Source: an uncultured virus (IMG/VR IMGVR_UViG_3300021960_000026) (lineage: Duplodnaviria; Heunggongvirae; Uroviricota; Caudoviricetes). From it: a stretch of 64,000 bases of DNA. The position numbers were made by a program, and so were the translations under genes. Positions 39,901 to 48,816 of the stretch are shown piece after piece. Position 1 is the first letter of the stretch. Every line of letters begins with the position of its first letter. The stretch lies in IMG/VR virus record IMGVR_UViG_3300021960_000026. The stretch is one strand, 5' to 3'. Under the pieces are notes generated by a model that saw nothing but the letters and a program-made list of their open reading frames with translations, searched no databases and was not told the origin of the DNA.

Positions 39901-42606
39901 TTCTGTAGGATCGTTGCCGTCTGCTACCGCACCAAAGTTACCATAGGATGAGTTACCATTAGTTGCTCTAATAACTCCTCCCTGTCTTGCGAACATACCA
40001 ATCTGTGCATAGTAGGTAAACACAGACACAAGTTCTGCTCTACCGTTGTTCTGCACCCATGCGCCTACGCCATCACTAATGACCTGTGTAAAGTCATTGG
40101 ATACTATTGATTTAACTCCACCGTTGTGTAGGTTACCGTCAATCTTCTGGCCAACACAGTTGTCACCAAAAGTTGTAACGTTCTGAATGTAAGGAGATCT
40201 ATTAATGATCCAACACTCTCTGTGATCAGGACCAAAGCCCGGATCCAATGAACAGAATGCTCCTCCAGTTGGTAACTGATACAATTCGTATACGTTAGGT
40301 GGATTCAATGTTCCATTTAGTCCCTTAACAGTCATGTCCTTAAGTGATGTTGTATCTCTCAAATAGAACATGTCGTCGTTTTGAGAACCTAGAATTAAAT
40401 TTCTATAGTATCTTGCATTTAGAAGAGATCTGTAATTTCCTGGATATCTTAAATCAAAAATAAATCCTTCAACAGCATTTCTCAAAAGGTATCTATATCT
40501 TGCTTCGTTAATTGTGTACACACCAGCATTTTGCAATTTAACATATTGGAGTGCTTCCTCAGCAATGAAGTTTCTATTTTGTCTTATGATTGTGTGAGTA
40601 TTTCTAGCCGCCGGTCCTGTTATTTCGGTTGCAAGGGAAAGAGTTGTTACTTCGGTACCAATGCTGTTTAATTCAAAATCTATGTATTGGCCCATCTGTA
40701 AAATTCTTGCGGAAATATCAGCACCTGCCGAATCAAGTATATCCGAATCTTCTTCGATAGGTAATCCAGTAATTGCATCAAGTGTTTCTGGAACCACATA
40801 TACTTTTTCTAAATTACTAAACTGAGTTACTTGATTGTATGTGTTTGTTACTGTCTTAGTAATTGGTGTTCTATTAATAATTTCCTGTATGATGTCAGAA
40901 ACTCTGTCCAACGCTTCCTTATAGTAGGAAGTGTCAACAGTTGGCAACTCTAATGGTTTATTTGGCCATATTGTTGTTGATCGTAATTCGCTACCAACTA
41001 ATGATACATTCTTAGGAATGCTCATTGGTAAAATTTCATAATAGTTTCCTGGAGCAACCCTAACCGTGTTCAATACACTGTCTTCTCCCAGTTCCATTAT
41101 TCTGTCAAGTGCAAATTTTACTGTTCTGTATGGTTTGTTTGGATCTTTACCTCTATAAACATCCTCATCATCATCGAGTGCAACTGCAGGATCAGCACTC
41201 ACGTACCAAACCTTGTTAATAATTCCAACTCTTCCATAGTCAACAGTATGATCTGATTGAACTATTAGTGAGTCTGATGCATTACCAATTGCTAAATTTG
41301 TAGTTCCTAGTGTTGATCCATCTCCTGCAAGCTCTCTTGATAGACCGTAAGTTAATATGTCACCAACATTGCTTAAAGCAACATTTGGACCCGCTAATAA
41401 TAGAACATCCCAATAATAAAAACCCGAACCGTTGTCGCCTGGATAATTGTCATTGCCACTTGTGTGCTGATAATTACATTTGTATGTGGTTCCTCTGTAT
41501 AAAACTACATCCCCAATCGCATATGATGCACCAGTTACCCAACTGTTTTTCCAATAGGTACCAGTAACTACTATTTCCCAGTTTGATGCATCTAGATAAT
41601 CAAGTGTCGATCCGTCTGCTGAAATATCAGTGTCAATTAATGCTCTGTATAGATAGCCACCTCTAGTTACTATGTCGCCTGTTTGATAACTTGTTCCACT
41701 GTTCCATATTCCAGAATATCTAATACCATTCTGCAATAATGACCAGTTCATGTCTAGTTGTGGTTGATTATAAATGCTTGTTACAGGATTTATATTTCGA
41801 TGATTAGTGTTGGAAATATAGAGGAAACCTCCATGTTTTACAACATCACCTATTGCATAGAATATAGAAGAAGACCATTCATTTCTAAAATTGTAACCTG
41901 GAAACTCAACATCAAAATATTGTGCTTGTATGTCTTCGTGATTTGAAACGTGTCCTTCATTACAACGAAGTATGCTTCCTCCGTACAATACTAAATCATT
42001 CTTAATGTATCGATAATTTCCTGTTTGGAATGCTCCAGTGTAATTAATACCTTCGTAAAGTGTTTCCCATAGTTCGCCTGTGCTGTCATCTTGGCTATCG
42101 GCATTACCAACTTCAGGACCAACTTCACTTGTATCTGATGTATGTTCTGCAATACATCTATAAACATAGCCTCCGTATTTTACAACATCACCGATACCGT
42201 ATCTAGTTACCGGTTGCCAATTTGTTGCCCAGTTAAATCCTGTGGTGTATTCGGCCCATTTTTCTGCATTAGCAATAAAGGTAAAACCTGAAATATGTCC
42301 CTGTAAAGCAATATATAGTACACCTCCATATAGAGCAAGATCGCCTGGTGCATATGTTATTGATGAATTCCAGTCACCTCTAAAGGCATAACCATCGGTC
42401 ATTTTTACCCATGCTGGTGTTGGATCAGTGTCTCCAGGATTTGCTAGATAAGCCTGATCAGTAATAAAAGATGACGATGTATGTTTTCTAACACAGACAT
42501 AGGTAACACCTCCATATCTTATAACATCATCTTTGTTATAAGCGGTGGCTCCTAACCATGCTCCGCGCCATGTATATCTAATTCGACTTATCTTAAATTC
42601 TGCCAT
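36991..42606 (-). CDS. Giant virion fibre/baseplate protein (1871 aa), paralog of 29239-36939
   Basis: Same start MAEFK..R.R..W.G.W and shared blocks SNDFTQVISDG.GAWV.NNGRAELVSVFTYY and GHDFLDIGTGNFTETNYP. Confidence 0.75.
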   Translation of the reverse strand: MAEFKISRIRYTWRGAWLGATAYNKDDVIRYGGVTYVCVRKHTSSSFITDQAYLANPGDTDPTPAWVKMTDGYAFRGDWNSSITYAPGDLALYGGVLYIALQGHISGFTFIANAEKWAEYTTGFNWATNWQPVTRYGIGDVVKYGGYVYRCIAEHTSDTSEVGPEVGNADSQDDSTGELWETLYEGINYTGAFQTGNYRYIKNDLVLYGGSILRCNEGHVSNHEDIQAQYFDVEFPGYNFRNEWSSSIFYAIGDVVKHGGFLYISNTNHRNINPVTSIYNQPQLDMNWSLLQNGIRYSGIWNSGTSYQTGDIVTRGGYLYRALIDTDISADGSTLDYLDASNWEIVVTGTYWKNSWVTGASYAIGDVVLYRGTTYKCNYQHTSGNDNYPGDNGSGFYYWDVLLLAGPNVALSNVGDILTYGLSRELAGDGSTLGTTNLAIGNASDSLIVQSDHTVDYGRVGIINKVWYVSADPAVALDDDEDVYRGKDPNKPYRTVKFALDRIMELGEDSVLNTVRVAPGNYYEILPMSIPKNVSLVGSELRSTTIWPNKPLELPTVDTSYYKEALDRVSDIIQEIINRTPITKTVTNTYNQVTQFSNLEKVYVVPETLDAITGLPIEEDSDILDSAGADISARILQMGQYIDFELNSIGTEVTTLSLATEITGPAARNTHTIIRQNRNFIAEEALQYVKLQNAGVYTINEARYRYLLRNAVEGFIFDLRYPGNYRSLLNARYYRNLILGSQNDDMFYLRDTTSLKDMTVKGLNGTLNPPNVYELYQLPTGGAFCSLDPGFGPDHRECWIINRSPYIQNVTTFGDNCVGQKIDGNLHNGGVKSIVSNDFTQVISDGVGAWVQNNGRAELVSVFTYYAQIGMFARQGGVIRATNGNSSYGNFGAVADGNDPTETPVYAEVNTRTGQAYIESAFAGEVNDEILILEYRNAGQNYSTANYTFTGSGVNASVVHEEIRDDAVFEALVKNAPGDAGATEGGLGYTLVGNNAQEGNTTSLTLASNDDNTEAKLLGMRLIITSGKGAGQYGYVVAYNTLTKVCQVRKESDNTLGWDHVIPGTPIQPLLFTDNTYRFEPRVTFSEPPFDRSIPNMGQTLNWKDIAYGETKETYTSLQGTVTGGASTPISATFSAVKNGRKYAVTMTFEGALYEVGQVITISGADVGGTDGEHDIVITVTAVSEDSTNTITGFRYEGTATSGRFVAVASGTDNYSYSEDGTNWTQATLPSAGNWNMIAAGGHKFVAIKQLSTQAIHSEDGINWSTSTLPSSRNWSAIVYGKSNSGNGDGVFLTIASNLDAAAYSTDGGTTWKATTLPDIGDSTFNQWIDITYGKGKFVAVANSGNFAAVGEYNSNTDTWTWEAHIMDVSDDSSTRDWISIAYGNNRWVAVSTTGDVSYSFDGTNWLAGTMPTQDGSTAHAWKKIRYGQGVFFAIGDTGSRNVGDDPTPGQSAFCATSYDGVLWQDRLLSQASYWVSLGFGNPDISLGDSTQQSNSTPMFITVADNFDHACKIETGCRALGRAIVEAGSVKHIRLWEPGSGYKSNPTVTLTDPNVTDPAYVEVRLGDAALAQPGWINRGAGYRTSTTQVTILGDGFADVIPKGKDVVVGGFNVLPGPGTQFRFRGDTVNYYTVATSAIVSRNVDGTYVGTFRISPELTLDDYLEHSSQVEIRERYSQVRISGHDFLDIGTGNFTETNYPTIYTTGEFNSAPENEVVEANGGRVFYTSTDQSGNFRCGELFAVEQATGIVTISADFFDLGGLTELALGGVRLGGSGTVIREFSTDPAFTQDSNNVIPTQRAIKAYLQNRLNVGGSDLLTASFIAGTVKVGPNLMDNVASLEIKIPVRAEFIKGGQISGSMLAQTMFYDSFND

Positions 42607-42611
42607 GTCTT

Positions 42612-42980
42612 TTATCCGTTACTAGAAGTTCCTGTTGGGTATTCATAATTTTGATTAATACGTTGTACTAACATACCTTCATTATTTACATAATATAATA
42701 TGCTTCTGTTATCCCATCTGTATTGAGTGTAATACATATTATCATATTCCTTTTCATGATCAGCCTTGATGCCTTCAAAGTAATCAATCCCTGGTTCAAA
42801 ATCTTCAAATGTTTCGTTAGGCGGTCCAGGTAGATTTATATCAACACCATCCTTATCAATAATGTTATCAACTCTTCTTAAAAATATTTCACCGTCATCA
42901 TTACGTCTAACGAGATATAGATAACGAGGGCTATCACCTAGTGCGTTATCTGGGTTCTGTCCAAAATAATATGTACTCAT
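42612..42980 (-). CDS. Hypothetical protein
   Basis: 122 aa, Tyr/Asp-rich, coupled (TAATG) to the upstream gene. Confidence 0.6.
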   Translation of the reverse strand: MSTYYFGQNPDNALGDSPRYLYLVRRNDDGEIFLRRVDNIIDKDGVDINLPGPPNETFEDFEPGIDYFEGIKADHEKEYDNMYYTQYRWDNRSILYYVNNEGMLVQRINQNYEYPTGTSSNG

Positions 42981-43312
42981 TATGATATCTCCACGTAACT
43001 TACTGTGACATCAATGCTGTCTTCAGTATCTGTTTCTAATCGTAAACCTGCCGTTGCAGGTAAAATTAACCTTTCGCCGTTAGTAATAACTTTTGCACTC
43101 GACCCGGGAGGTATTGGAATTTGTCTTGCATAATTTCCTTGCGTAGAATTTTCATCTATCACATAAAGATTTGCAATTACCATATCGTAATCGGAAGTAT
43201 TTGATAAGTTACATCCGACAACGGTTGCTCTAACACCTTCACCAATCTGAAGAATGTCTACCGGTGTTGTTCCTACTCCTGTTACTACTTCTTGTTTAAA
43301 TACCGTTGGCAT
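42980..43312 (-). CDS. Small beta-rich virion protein (paralog family A)
   Basis: T.V.G.NL.N...IP.G....I..GE.L.L...D..VSY.EI. Confidence 0.65.
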   Translation of the reverse strand: MPTVFKQEVVTGVGTTPVDILQIGEGVRATVVGCNLSNTSDYDMVIANLYVIDENSTQGNYARQIPIPPGSSAKVITNGERLILPATAGLRLETDTEDSIDVTVSYVEIS

Positions 43313-43316
43313 AATT

Positions 43317-44384
43317 TTATCCTAACATTAATGCAAATGAGGCCGCAATATCATTTGCTACAATTTCTGAAACAGCACCAGACGAACCTGCTGGAGATGC
43401 CCATGCTGTACCGTCCCAAACTTCAATTGCTTTTGAAGTTGTGTTATATCTTGTCATACCTACAACAGCATAAGCACTTGGTCTTTGTGCATCAGTTCCT
43501 CTAGGAGGAACAAAACCGTTTGTGGTATCGATCTTAAAATAACCTGTTCCTGTTTGTAAAATTTGTGTAATTGCTCCGTTAGACACGTTTTCAATTACGT
43601 TATCAGTTATTTTAAAATTTCCTAATCTCACACCGCCGGCTCCGTTACCGTCAATGTATAAATCTAAACCTGTTGTTGTTGTAATTTCGTTATCACGGAA
43701 CATTAAATTGCCAACGTCGAGTGTACTTACTGTTAAATTATCAGTAACAACATTGTTGACAAAAATTTCTTTCCATCTAAAACTTGCACTACCTAAATTG
43801 TATGTGTTATCCGTTTCTGGAATTAAGTCACTCTTGATAGCAGCATTAATTTGAATTGTATCTGTTAATGCATCACCAATCGTAATGTTACCGCCAATGG
43901 TAACGTTTCCGTCTGCATTAATATTCCCGCTAACATATAAGTTACCGTCGATGTTTGTTGATGCAAAAACTTCTAGAGTTCCAGTTCCGTTTGGTCTTAG
44001 TTCCAGCGTAGCATTTGAATTTGTAGTCGAAATTGTATTACCTTCGACTTCAATGTCGTCAATTTGTAATCTTGAATGATAGATAACCGGATCTGCTCCT
44101 GACGGAACAAAACTAATGGTATCTAAATCACTGGAGATTGTATTGCCGGTAATGTGTAAGTTACCAACATCTATTTGATTATCTACTGTAAGAGTTGTTG
44201 TTCTTGTAGATCCCGTGACGTGTAAATCAGTTGTCGGAGCAGAGTTGTTTACACCAATGCGAGCGTTGCTTACATCAAGATATAAAATGTCAGGGTCACT
44301 CGCTCCATTTCTAAAGGACAACGGTACATTATCACGTACCAAATTTGCCTTCAAGAGCGGCCCAGATATACGACCTATTGCCAT
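43317..44384 (-). CDS. Virion fibre-like protein
   Basis: GRISGPLL..NL.RD start, P.G...QRP....G..RYNT motif; ATG 44384 follows AAGGAG. Confidence 0.65.
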   Translation of the reverse strand: MAIGRISGPLLKANLVRDNVPLSFRNGASDPDILYLDVSNARIGVNNSAPTTDLHVTGSTRTTTLTVDNQIDVGNLHITGNTISSDLDTISFVPSGADPVIYHSRLQIDDIEVEGNTISTTNSNATLELRPNGTGTLEVFASTNIDGNLYVSGNINADGNVTIGGNITIGDALTDTIQINAAIKSDLIPETDNTYNLGSASFRWKEIFVNNVVTDNLTVSTLDVGNLMFRDNEITTTTGLDLYIDGNGAGGVRLGNFKITDNVIENVSNGAITQILQTGTGYFKIDTTNGFVPPRGTDAQRPSAYAVVGMTRYNTTSKAIEVWDGTAWASPAGSSGAVSEIVANDIAASFALMLG

Positions 44385-44390
44385 CTGCAC

Positions 44391-44487
44391 TCCTTTTTAC
44401 ACGGGGATCCTGTCCCTCCAACCACCTTACATTGCGGGTTGACCACAGTAATAGATTAACGTTGGCATACGTTAACACAAGTATTTA
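44391..44487 (-). promoter_or_regulatory. Late promoter plus structured 5' leader
   Basis: TAAATA at 44482-44487; stems 44456-44475, 44419-44441 and 44404-44416. Confidence 0.5.
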
Positions 44488-44501
44488 GCCAAAAGGAGAA
44501 A

Positions 44502-45905
44502 TTAGCCAAGCATTAGGCTATAAACGTCACCTAGATCTTCCATGAGTTCTATGTCAACTTCAGCACCACCACCTGTGGAAAGTTCATAGCCATCATCTGT
44601 CTGTGCGCCTACTGTAACAGTAATATCGTTTGCTGGAGTTGAACCTCCAGTAAATGCTGTTCCTAGTATAGTTATGATATCATTTTGGACATATCCTTGC
44701 CCTTGATTAGTAATTGCTATTCCTGTTATTGATCCGGATGTAATTGTGACTGTAAATGTGGCATTTTGTCCATATCCGTCTGTAGCACCTGATAGCCCTG
44801 TGCGTGTCTGCGTGGGTATTCCTGTAACATTACCAACTGCTGTTACTACATTAATTTTTCCAGAGAATGATTCTAGATATTTTTCGTCAGTGTTCCAGCG
44901 AGTATCGCCTAGTTCAGGACGTATAGGAGTACCTAAATTTTGTGGCCTAGCAGTATTAGGACCTGCAGGAATAACAAAACCATTATCTCCCATAAATCTT
45001 AAATAACCAATGCCGGTGCTTCTAAACCGCAGCGGAGTATCTACTAGATTAGTGATATTGTTTGTTTCCCATTTAGTATTTTCGATATAGACTATACCAG
45101 TATCTGGATTCAATAGGATATCTTCGTTTGATTGCATGCCAAAGATTTGATTATCAATACCATTAAGATGCATCTGATCACTGACATACACATTAAGAGG
45201 ATTAACTCTATCGGCATTTACTAGGTTATCTGTTATATATAAATCAGACCAGCGTCTTGGACTAGAGTCTAATTGATCTCTACCTAAATCCCAAAGATTA
45301 TCGTCCCCTGGAATAATCGATTGTGTAAAATCAGGAACGATCTCAACCGTGTCACCTAATCCTGTATCAGGATCATATAATTCATCACCAACGATTAAAT
45401 TTCCTAACTTTGTTAGATTTCCATCTATTGTGATGTTTCCAGTTACTCCTAGGTTACCGTAAATGTTAGTTGACGACGAAACTTCTACAGTGCCGGTGCC
45501 ACTGGGTTTTAACTCGATAGTTTGATTTGAAGTGGTTCCTGAAATTGTATTATCATTGAATTGAAGATCATCGGATCTCATTCTTTGTAAATTAATGTAA
45601 CTTCCTGCAGTCTGTGGTAATATGTGAATAGGTCCAACAACAGTGGAAAAAGAACTAGGTGCTACTGCAATAATATTATCAATTTTTGCACGCTCGTCAA
45701 CGATCATGTTTGTTGTGCGAACATCACTGTTAATGTCTAAATCGAATGTAGGAGTGTCATCCTTGATTCCAATTCTACCATTATTAACATCAATATAAAG
45801 TAATGATGTTGAATCGTATATTGTATTGGAAATTTTGATATCTACGCCGTCTCTGCGTAAATTTTGCTCTAGTAACGGTCCGCCAATTCGCCCCAATTGA
45901 GCCAT
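44502..45905 (-). CDS. Virion fibre-like protein, paralog of 43317-44384
   Basis: GRIGGPLL..NL.RDG start, LY.DV.N.RIG, shared C-terminal ..L.LG. Confidence 0.65.
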   Translation of the reverse strand: MAQLGRIGGPLLEQNLRRDGVDIKISNTIYDSTSLLYIDVNNGRIGIKDDTPTFDLDINSDVRTTNMIVDERAKIDNIIAVAPSSFSTVVGPIHILPQTAGSYINLQRMRSDDLQFNDNTISGTTSNQTIELKPSGTGTVEVSSSTNIYGNLGVTGNITIDGNLTKLGNLIVGDELYDPDTGLGDTVEIVPDFTQSIIPGDDNLWDLGRDQLDSSPRRWSDLYITDNLVNADRVNPLNVYVSDQMHLNGIDNQIFGMQSNEDILLNPDTGIVYIENTKWETNNITNLVDTPLRFRSTGIGYLRFMGDNGFVIPAGPNTARPQNLGTPIRPELGDTRWNTDEKYLESFSGKINVVTAVGNVTGIPTQTRTGLSGATDGYGQNATFTVTITSGSITGIAITNQGQGYVQNDIITILGTAFTGGSTPANDITVTVGAQTDDGYELSTGGGAEVDIELMEDLGDVYSLMLG

Positions 45906-45915
45906 CTGTTACCTC

Positions 45916-46587
45916 CTAGTTTGCAAATCCAAAGAACACTGTCACATATTTTGCTAATGGAACTGCTGATGTAAATGTTAGATACCAACCTGTTGGTCTT
46001 GCCAGTCCGGTAGGATCTGATGCTCCAGCGCCGGTTGCTGTAAAGACTGTTCCGGGATTACTGTCAGCAGCACCAATTGTTGTAAAGTCAGTTGAGCCTG
46101 TTGCAGTAATAATATATTCAACACCTATGCTAAAACTTCCAGCGGCAACTTCTTGCCCTGTTGCAGTTGATGTTGGATTTTGATTCAATGTAAAGTTTGT
46201 TGTCGGAATTTGTAAAACGTTTTCGACTAGCACTAAAATATTATTTGCACTTGCCGGAACATTATTCAAAGGACCAAAGATAGTATCCGATGCATCGCCA
46301 GGTCCAAACGTTTCGATTGAAATAGCCGATGCTCCCGGAGCTCTAACTGTTTCCCAATTGCCTCCAACATATGCTTCGATCTCATTTAGATCTGTGTTAT
46401 ATCTAATAGTACCGTTTGCATCAGTAGGTTGTCTTACTGATGTAAGTTGAGGACGCTGTGCTGTTGTTCCTTTAGGTAACAATACTCCACCGTTAAAATC
46501 CATAACTGCTCTGCCATAGGTGTTTACCCTAATGGTATTATCGCTAGGACTATAACGTGATGTGTATTGTGTTTTTAAAAACTTCAT
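45916..46587 (-). CDS. Virion structural protein
   Basis: LPKGTTAQRP...G.IRYNTD...EAY, V.VENV.Q.P, AG.F.IG.EY.I...G.TDFT.IGA module. Confidence 0.6.
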   Translation of the reverse strand: MKFLKTQYTSRYSPSDNTIRVNTYGRAVMDFNGGVLLPKGTTAQRPQLTSVRQPTDANGTIRYNTDLNEIEAYVGGNWETVRAPGASAISIETFGPGDASDTIFGPLNNVPASANNILVLVENVLQIPTTNFTLNQNPTSTATGQEVAAGSFSIGVEYIITATGSTDFTTIGAADSNPGTVFTATGAGASDPTGLARPTGWYLTFTSAVPLAKYVTVFFGFAN

Positions 46588-46597
46588 CTATCTATCC

Positions 46598-46966
46598 TTA
46601 TACAGGCAGCGAACTAACAGTAACGGTAATCAAGTTAGCATCGTCAGCCTTTACGTGTATTTCATCTCCACCATCTAGAATGATTTTTTCATCGCTGAAA
46701 AATACAGTTTCACCTGCTGGTATCGCTAAATTTGCTACAATTTGATTTCCAACAACCGGAGTATTACCTTGTTTAACGAGATAGATATCAACTTCAGTTC
46801 TGTTGGCCGTTTCGTCTGTGATAGTTACAGCGCCAGTATTACACAGTATAATGTTTGTAACTGCTCTATCCTGTGCTGATACAGCACCGCCGACTGATGC
46901 ACCGGTTGTTGAAGCAGTAAAAACTTTTGTTACACTTGTGGTTGTTAGTTGTTGGCTCGTAATCAT
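46598..46966 (-). CDS. Small beta-rich virion protein (paralog family A)
   Basis: A.T.I.LCN...IP.GET.F...EK.IL..GD. Confidence 0.65.
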   Translation of the reverse strand: MITSQQLTTTSVTKVFTASTTGASVGGAVSAQDRAVTNIILCNTGAVTITDETANRTEVDIYLVKQGNTPVVGNQIVANLAIPAGETVFFSDEKIILDGGDEIHVKADDANLITVTVSSLPV

Positions 46967-46975
46967 CTTTTTCCC

Positions 46976-47959
46976 TTAAAATATCATGCTAAACAGCAAT
47001 GCTTTATTTTTACTTATCAATTCATCGGTGCTGTTATTACTATTTCTGTAAAACAAACCTGTATCACCTATGCTTGGTTCTTTTGCATAAGCAATTGTCG
47101 ATCCTGAAACATATGCAGGATCAACCGATATTTCTTCTAATTGTAATCCATAATTAGTTCTTAATTTACCTGTACCGTTGGTTTGAAGATATATGTTATC
47201 GTTGGTATTATTAACAGTAATGGTTGGATTATTTGGCTCATTTTGATTAAACTCTAACCCTTGTATCAATGCTCTATTGGTGTAAAACTGTGTGTTAAGA
47301 GTTCCGTCAACTAAAACCGAAACAGCACTTTCACCAAATGTGCTATATCCAGTATTGGAAGTAAGGTATGCTAATGAACCAGCAACTTCCTTGTCCGTTA
47401 CAATTACTCTGGTATTGTCGTCGATGATCTGGAAAGTTGGATTGTCTCTAATTGAATCATCAACATATTTTTTATTTGGAATATCGTCATCGTTAGTAAC
47501 TTGATTCTCGTAATCATTTGTTCCTGCTACGGTAATAACACCATCCCCGTATCCAATTAATACTAAATCTGGACTGGCAGTATCTGTTGTAATTGTTTTT
47601 AATCTAAGAGTAGAATTACTATAGTTGAAAGCCGATTCTGGAGAACCAGTTGCCAAGTTAAACGAATCGTCATTTTCATCCCAGAAAAACGAAGCAGGGG
47701 AAAGTGTTCCTCTATCAATCTGTAAACCAGAATATCTTAGAGATACACCGGCCCCTGTCTCGCCATAGTTTAACTGTATGATATTGTCTTTAACATTTAA
47801 GTTTTCTGCTTCTACCGTTAATGTATCACCTTCAACGATTAAGTTGGCAGTTACAATAACTTGTCCGCCGGAAGTAGGAGGTCCAACATCAAGTTTGATG
47901 ATGCCACCTTCTTTGGTTTTGACGTTATAGTCACCGTTGGTTTGTAGAAACTCAGACAT
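46976..47959 (-). CDS. Virion structural protein (baseplate/fibre-associated)
   Basis: L.V.DNII.LN.GE.G.G....G..IDRG and IPNKKYVD motifs. Confidence 0.6.
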   Translation of the reverse strand: MSEFLQTNGDYNVKTKEGGIIKLDVGPPTSGGQVIVTANLIVEGDTLTVEAENLNVKDNIIQLNYGETGAGVSLRYSGLQIDRGTLSPASFFWDENDDSFNLATGSPESAFNYSNSTLRLKTITTDTASPDLVLIGYGDGVITVAGTNDYENQVTNDDDIPNKKYVDDSIRDNPTFQIIDDNTRVIVTDKEVAGSLAYLTSNTGYSTFGESAVSVLVDGTLNTQFYTNRALIQGLEFNQNEPNNPTITVNNTNDNIYLQTNGTGKLRTNYGLQLEEISVDPAYVSGSTIAYAKEPSIGDTGLFYRNSNNSTDELISKNKALLFSMIF

Positions 47960-47973
47960 TATTCAATTACCTA

Positions 47974-48366
47974 TTAACTAATTGGTGTTAAAACAATGTA
48001 GTCTGCAGATGAGTCGTTTTCTAGATACCAAGTATACTTGTTTCCAGAAAAGTCAGTTGCAACACGTTTTGTAATTTTAGCAATTGCAACTAGATCTGCA
48101 TCAAGGTTACCTGTTGTAGAACCTTGCAACAACATTTCGCCTTCTGCGTTTGGTGTAGAACTTTGCAATGTGCAAATACGATATGTTGAAGTTGTACCAA
48201 TTTCACCTCTACGTGTTACTGTGAAACTGTCCGATCCTCTTTGTTTAATGATAACACCATCAGTTTGATTTGAACTGCGATAAAACTGAACAGTGATTCC
48301 TGTGTTTGATGCAGGTGTTCCGATTACGTCTACACCGTTTACATCTTTTCTAAGTGGTCTTCCCAT
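47974..48366 (-). CDS. Small structural-region protein (MGRPL...)
   Basis: 130 aa; strong AGGAGA RBS; I.KQ.G...F.V motif. Confidence 0.65.
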   Translation of the reverse strand: MGRPLRKDVNGVDVIGTPASNTGITVQFYRSSNQTDGVIIKQRGSDSFTVTRRGEIGTTSTYRICTLQSSTPNAEGEMLLQGSTTGNLDADLVAIAKITKRVATDFSGNKYTWYLENDSSADYIVLTPIS

Positions 48367-48377
48367 TTGTTTTCTCC

Positions 48378-48472
48378 TATATTTAGAAGTCCGATGCGGG
48401 TTCTAGCCGCTACGAGGTTGGTTCCCCATAAGTCCACCACCTTGGTGGCACACTATCTGACACAAGTATTTA
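48378..48472 (-). promoter_or_regulatory. Late promoter plus structured multi-stem 5' leader
   Basis: TAAATA at 48467-48472; three hairpins enclosed by GUCAGAU/AUCGGAC. Confidence 0.55.
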
Positions 48473-48742
48473 TCCTTTCGAAAGCAAAGCCATAAGTTCT
48501 ATCTTGCTTATAGTAGTTAATATGCGATTAATATGATCCAGTTCTTCTTGTGCTTTTTCTAAACAGGATCGTTTTTTTGATTGTTTGTATCTAATCAAAT
48601 GTTCCATGTGCTGTTTCATGTGTTCTTCAAGACTAGTTTCAAATGATTTGACATCGTGTTTGAACATAGGAAATCTTCGTTTCCATCTTTCTAATTGATC
48701 ACGCAACTTAGAAAAGTCCTCGTATGTTTCAATCTCTTCCAT
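48470..48742 (-). CDS. Small helical hypothetical protein
   Basis: 90 aa; TAAATA 5 nt upstream of ATG. Confidence 0.6.
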   Translation of the reverse strand: MEEIETYEDFSKLRDQLERWKRRFPMFKHDVKSFETSLEEHMKQHMEHLIRYKQSKKRSCLEKAQEELDHINRILTTISKIELMALLSKG

Positions 48743-48761
48743 AACTGTATTTAACAGTCAT

Positions 48762-48791
48762 AAAAAAAGGGCGGTATAAAACCGCCCTTTT
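48762..48791 (-). terminator. Rho-independent terminator after the major capsid gene
   Basis: Minus strand AAAAGGGCGGT-TTTAT-ACCGCCCTTTTTTT. Confidence 0.88.
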
Positions 48792-48816
48792 CTATACTCG
48801 AAAGTATTGTTATTGC

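Noticed and set aside
26939..47959. Diversity-generating retroelement or invertible shufflon acting on fibre genes
   Set aside because: No reverse transcriptase, recombinase, adenine-specific TR/VR pair or inverted crossover repeats seen
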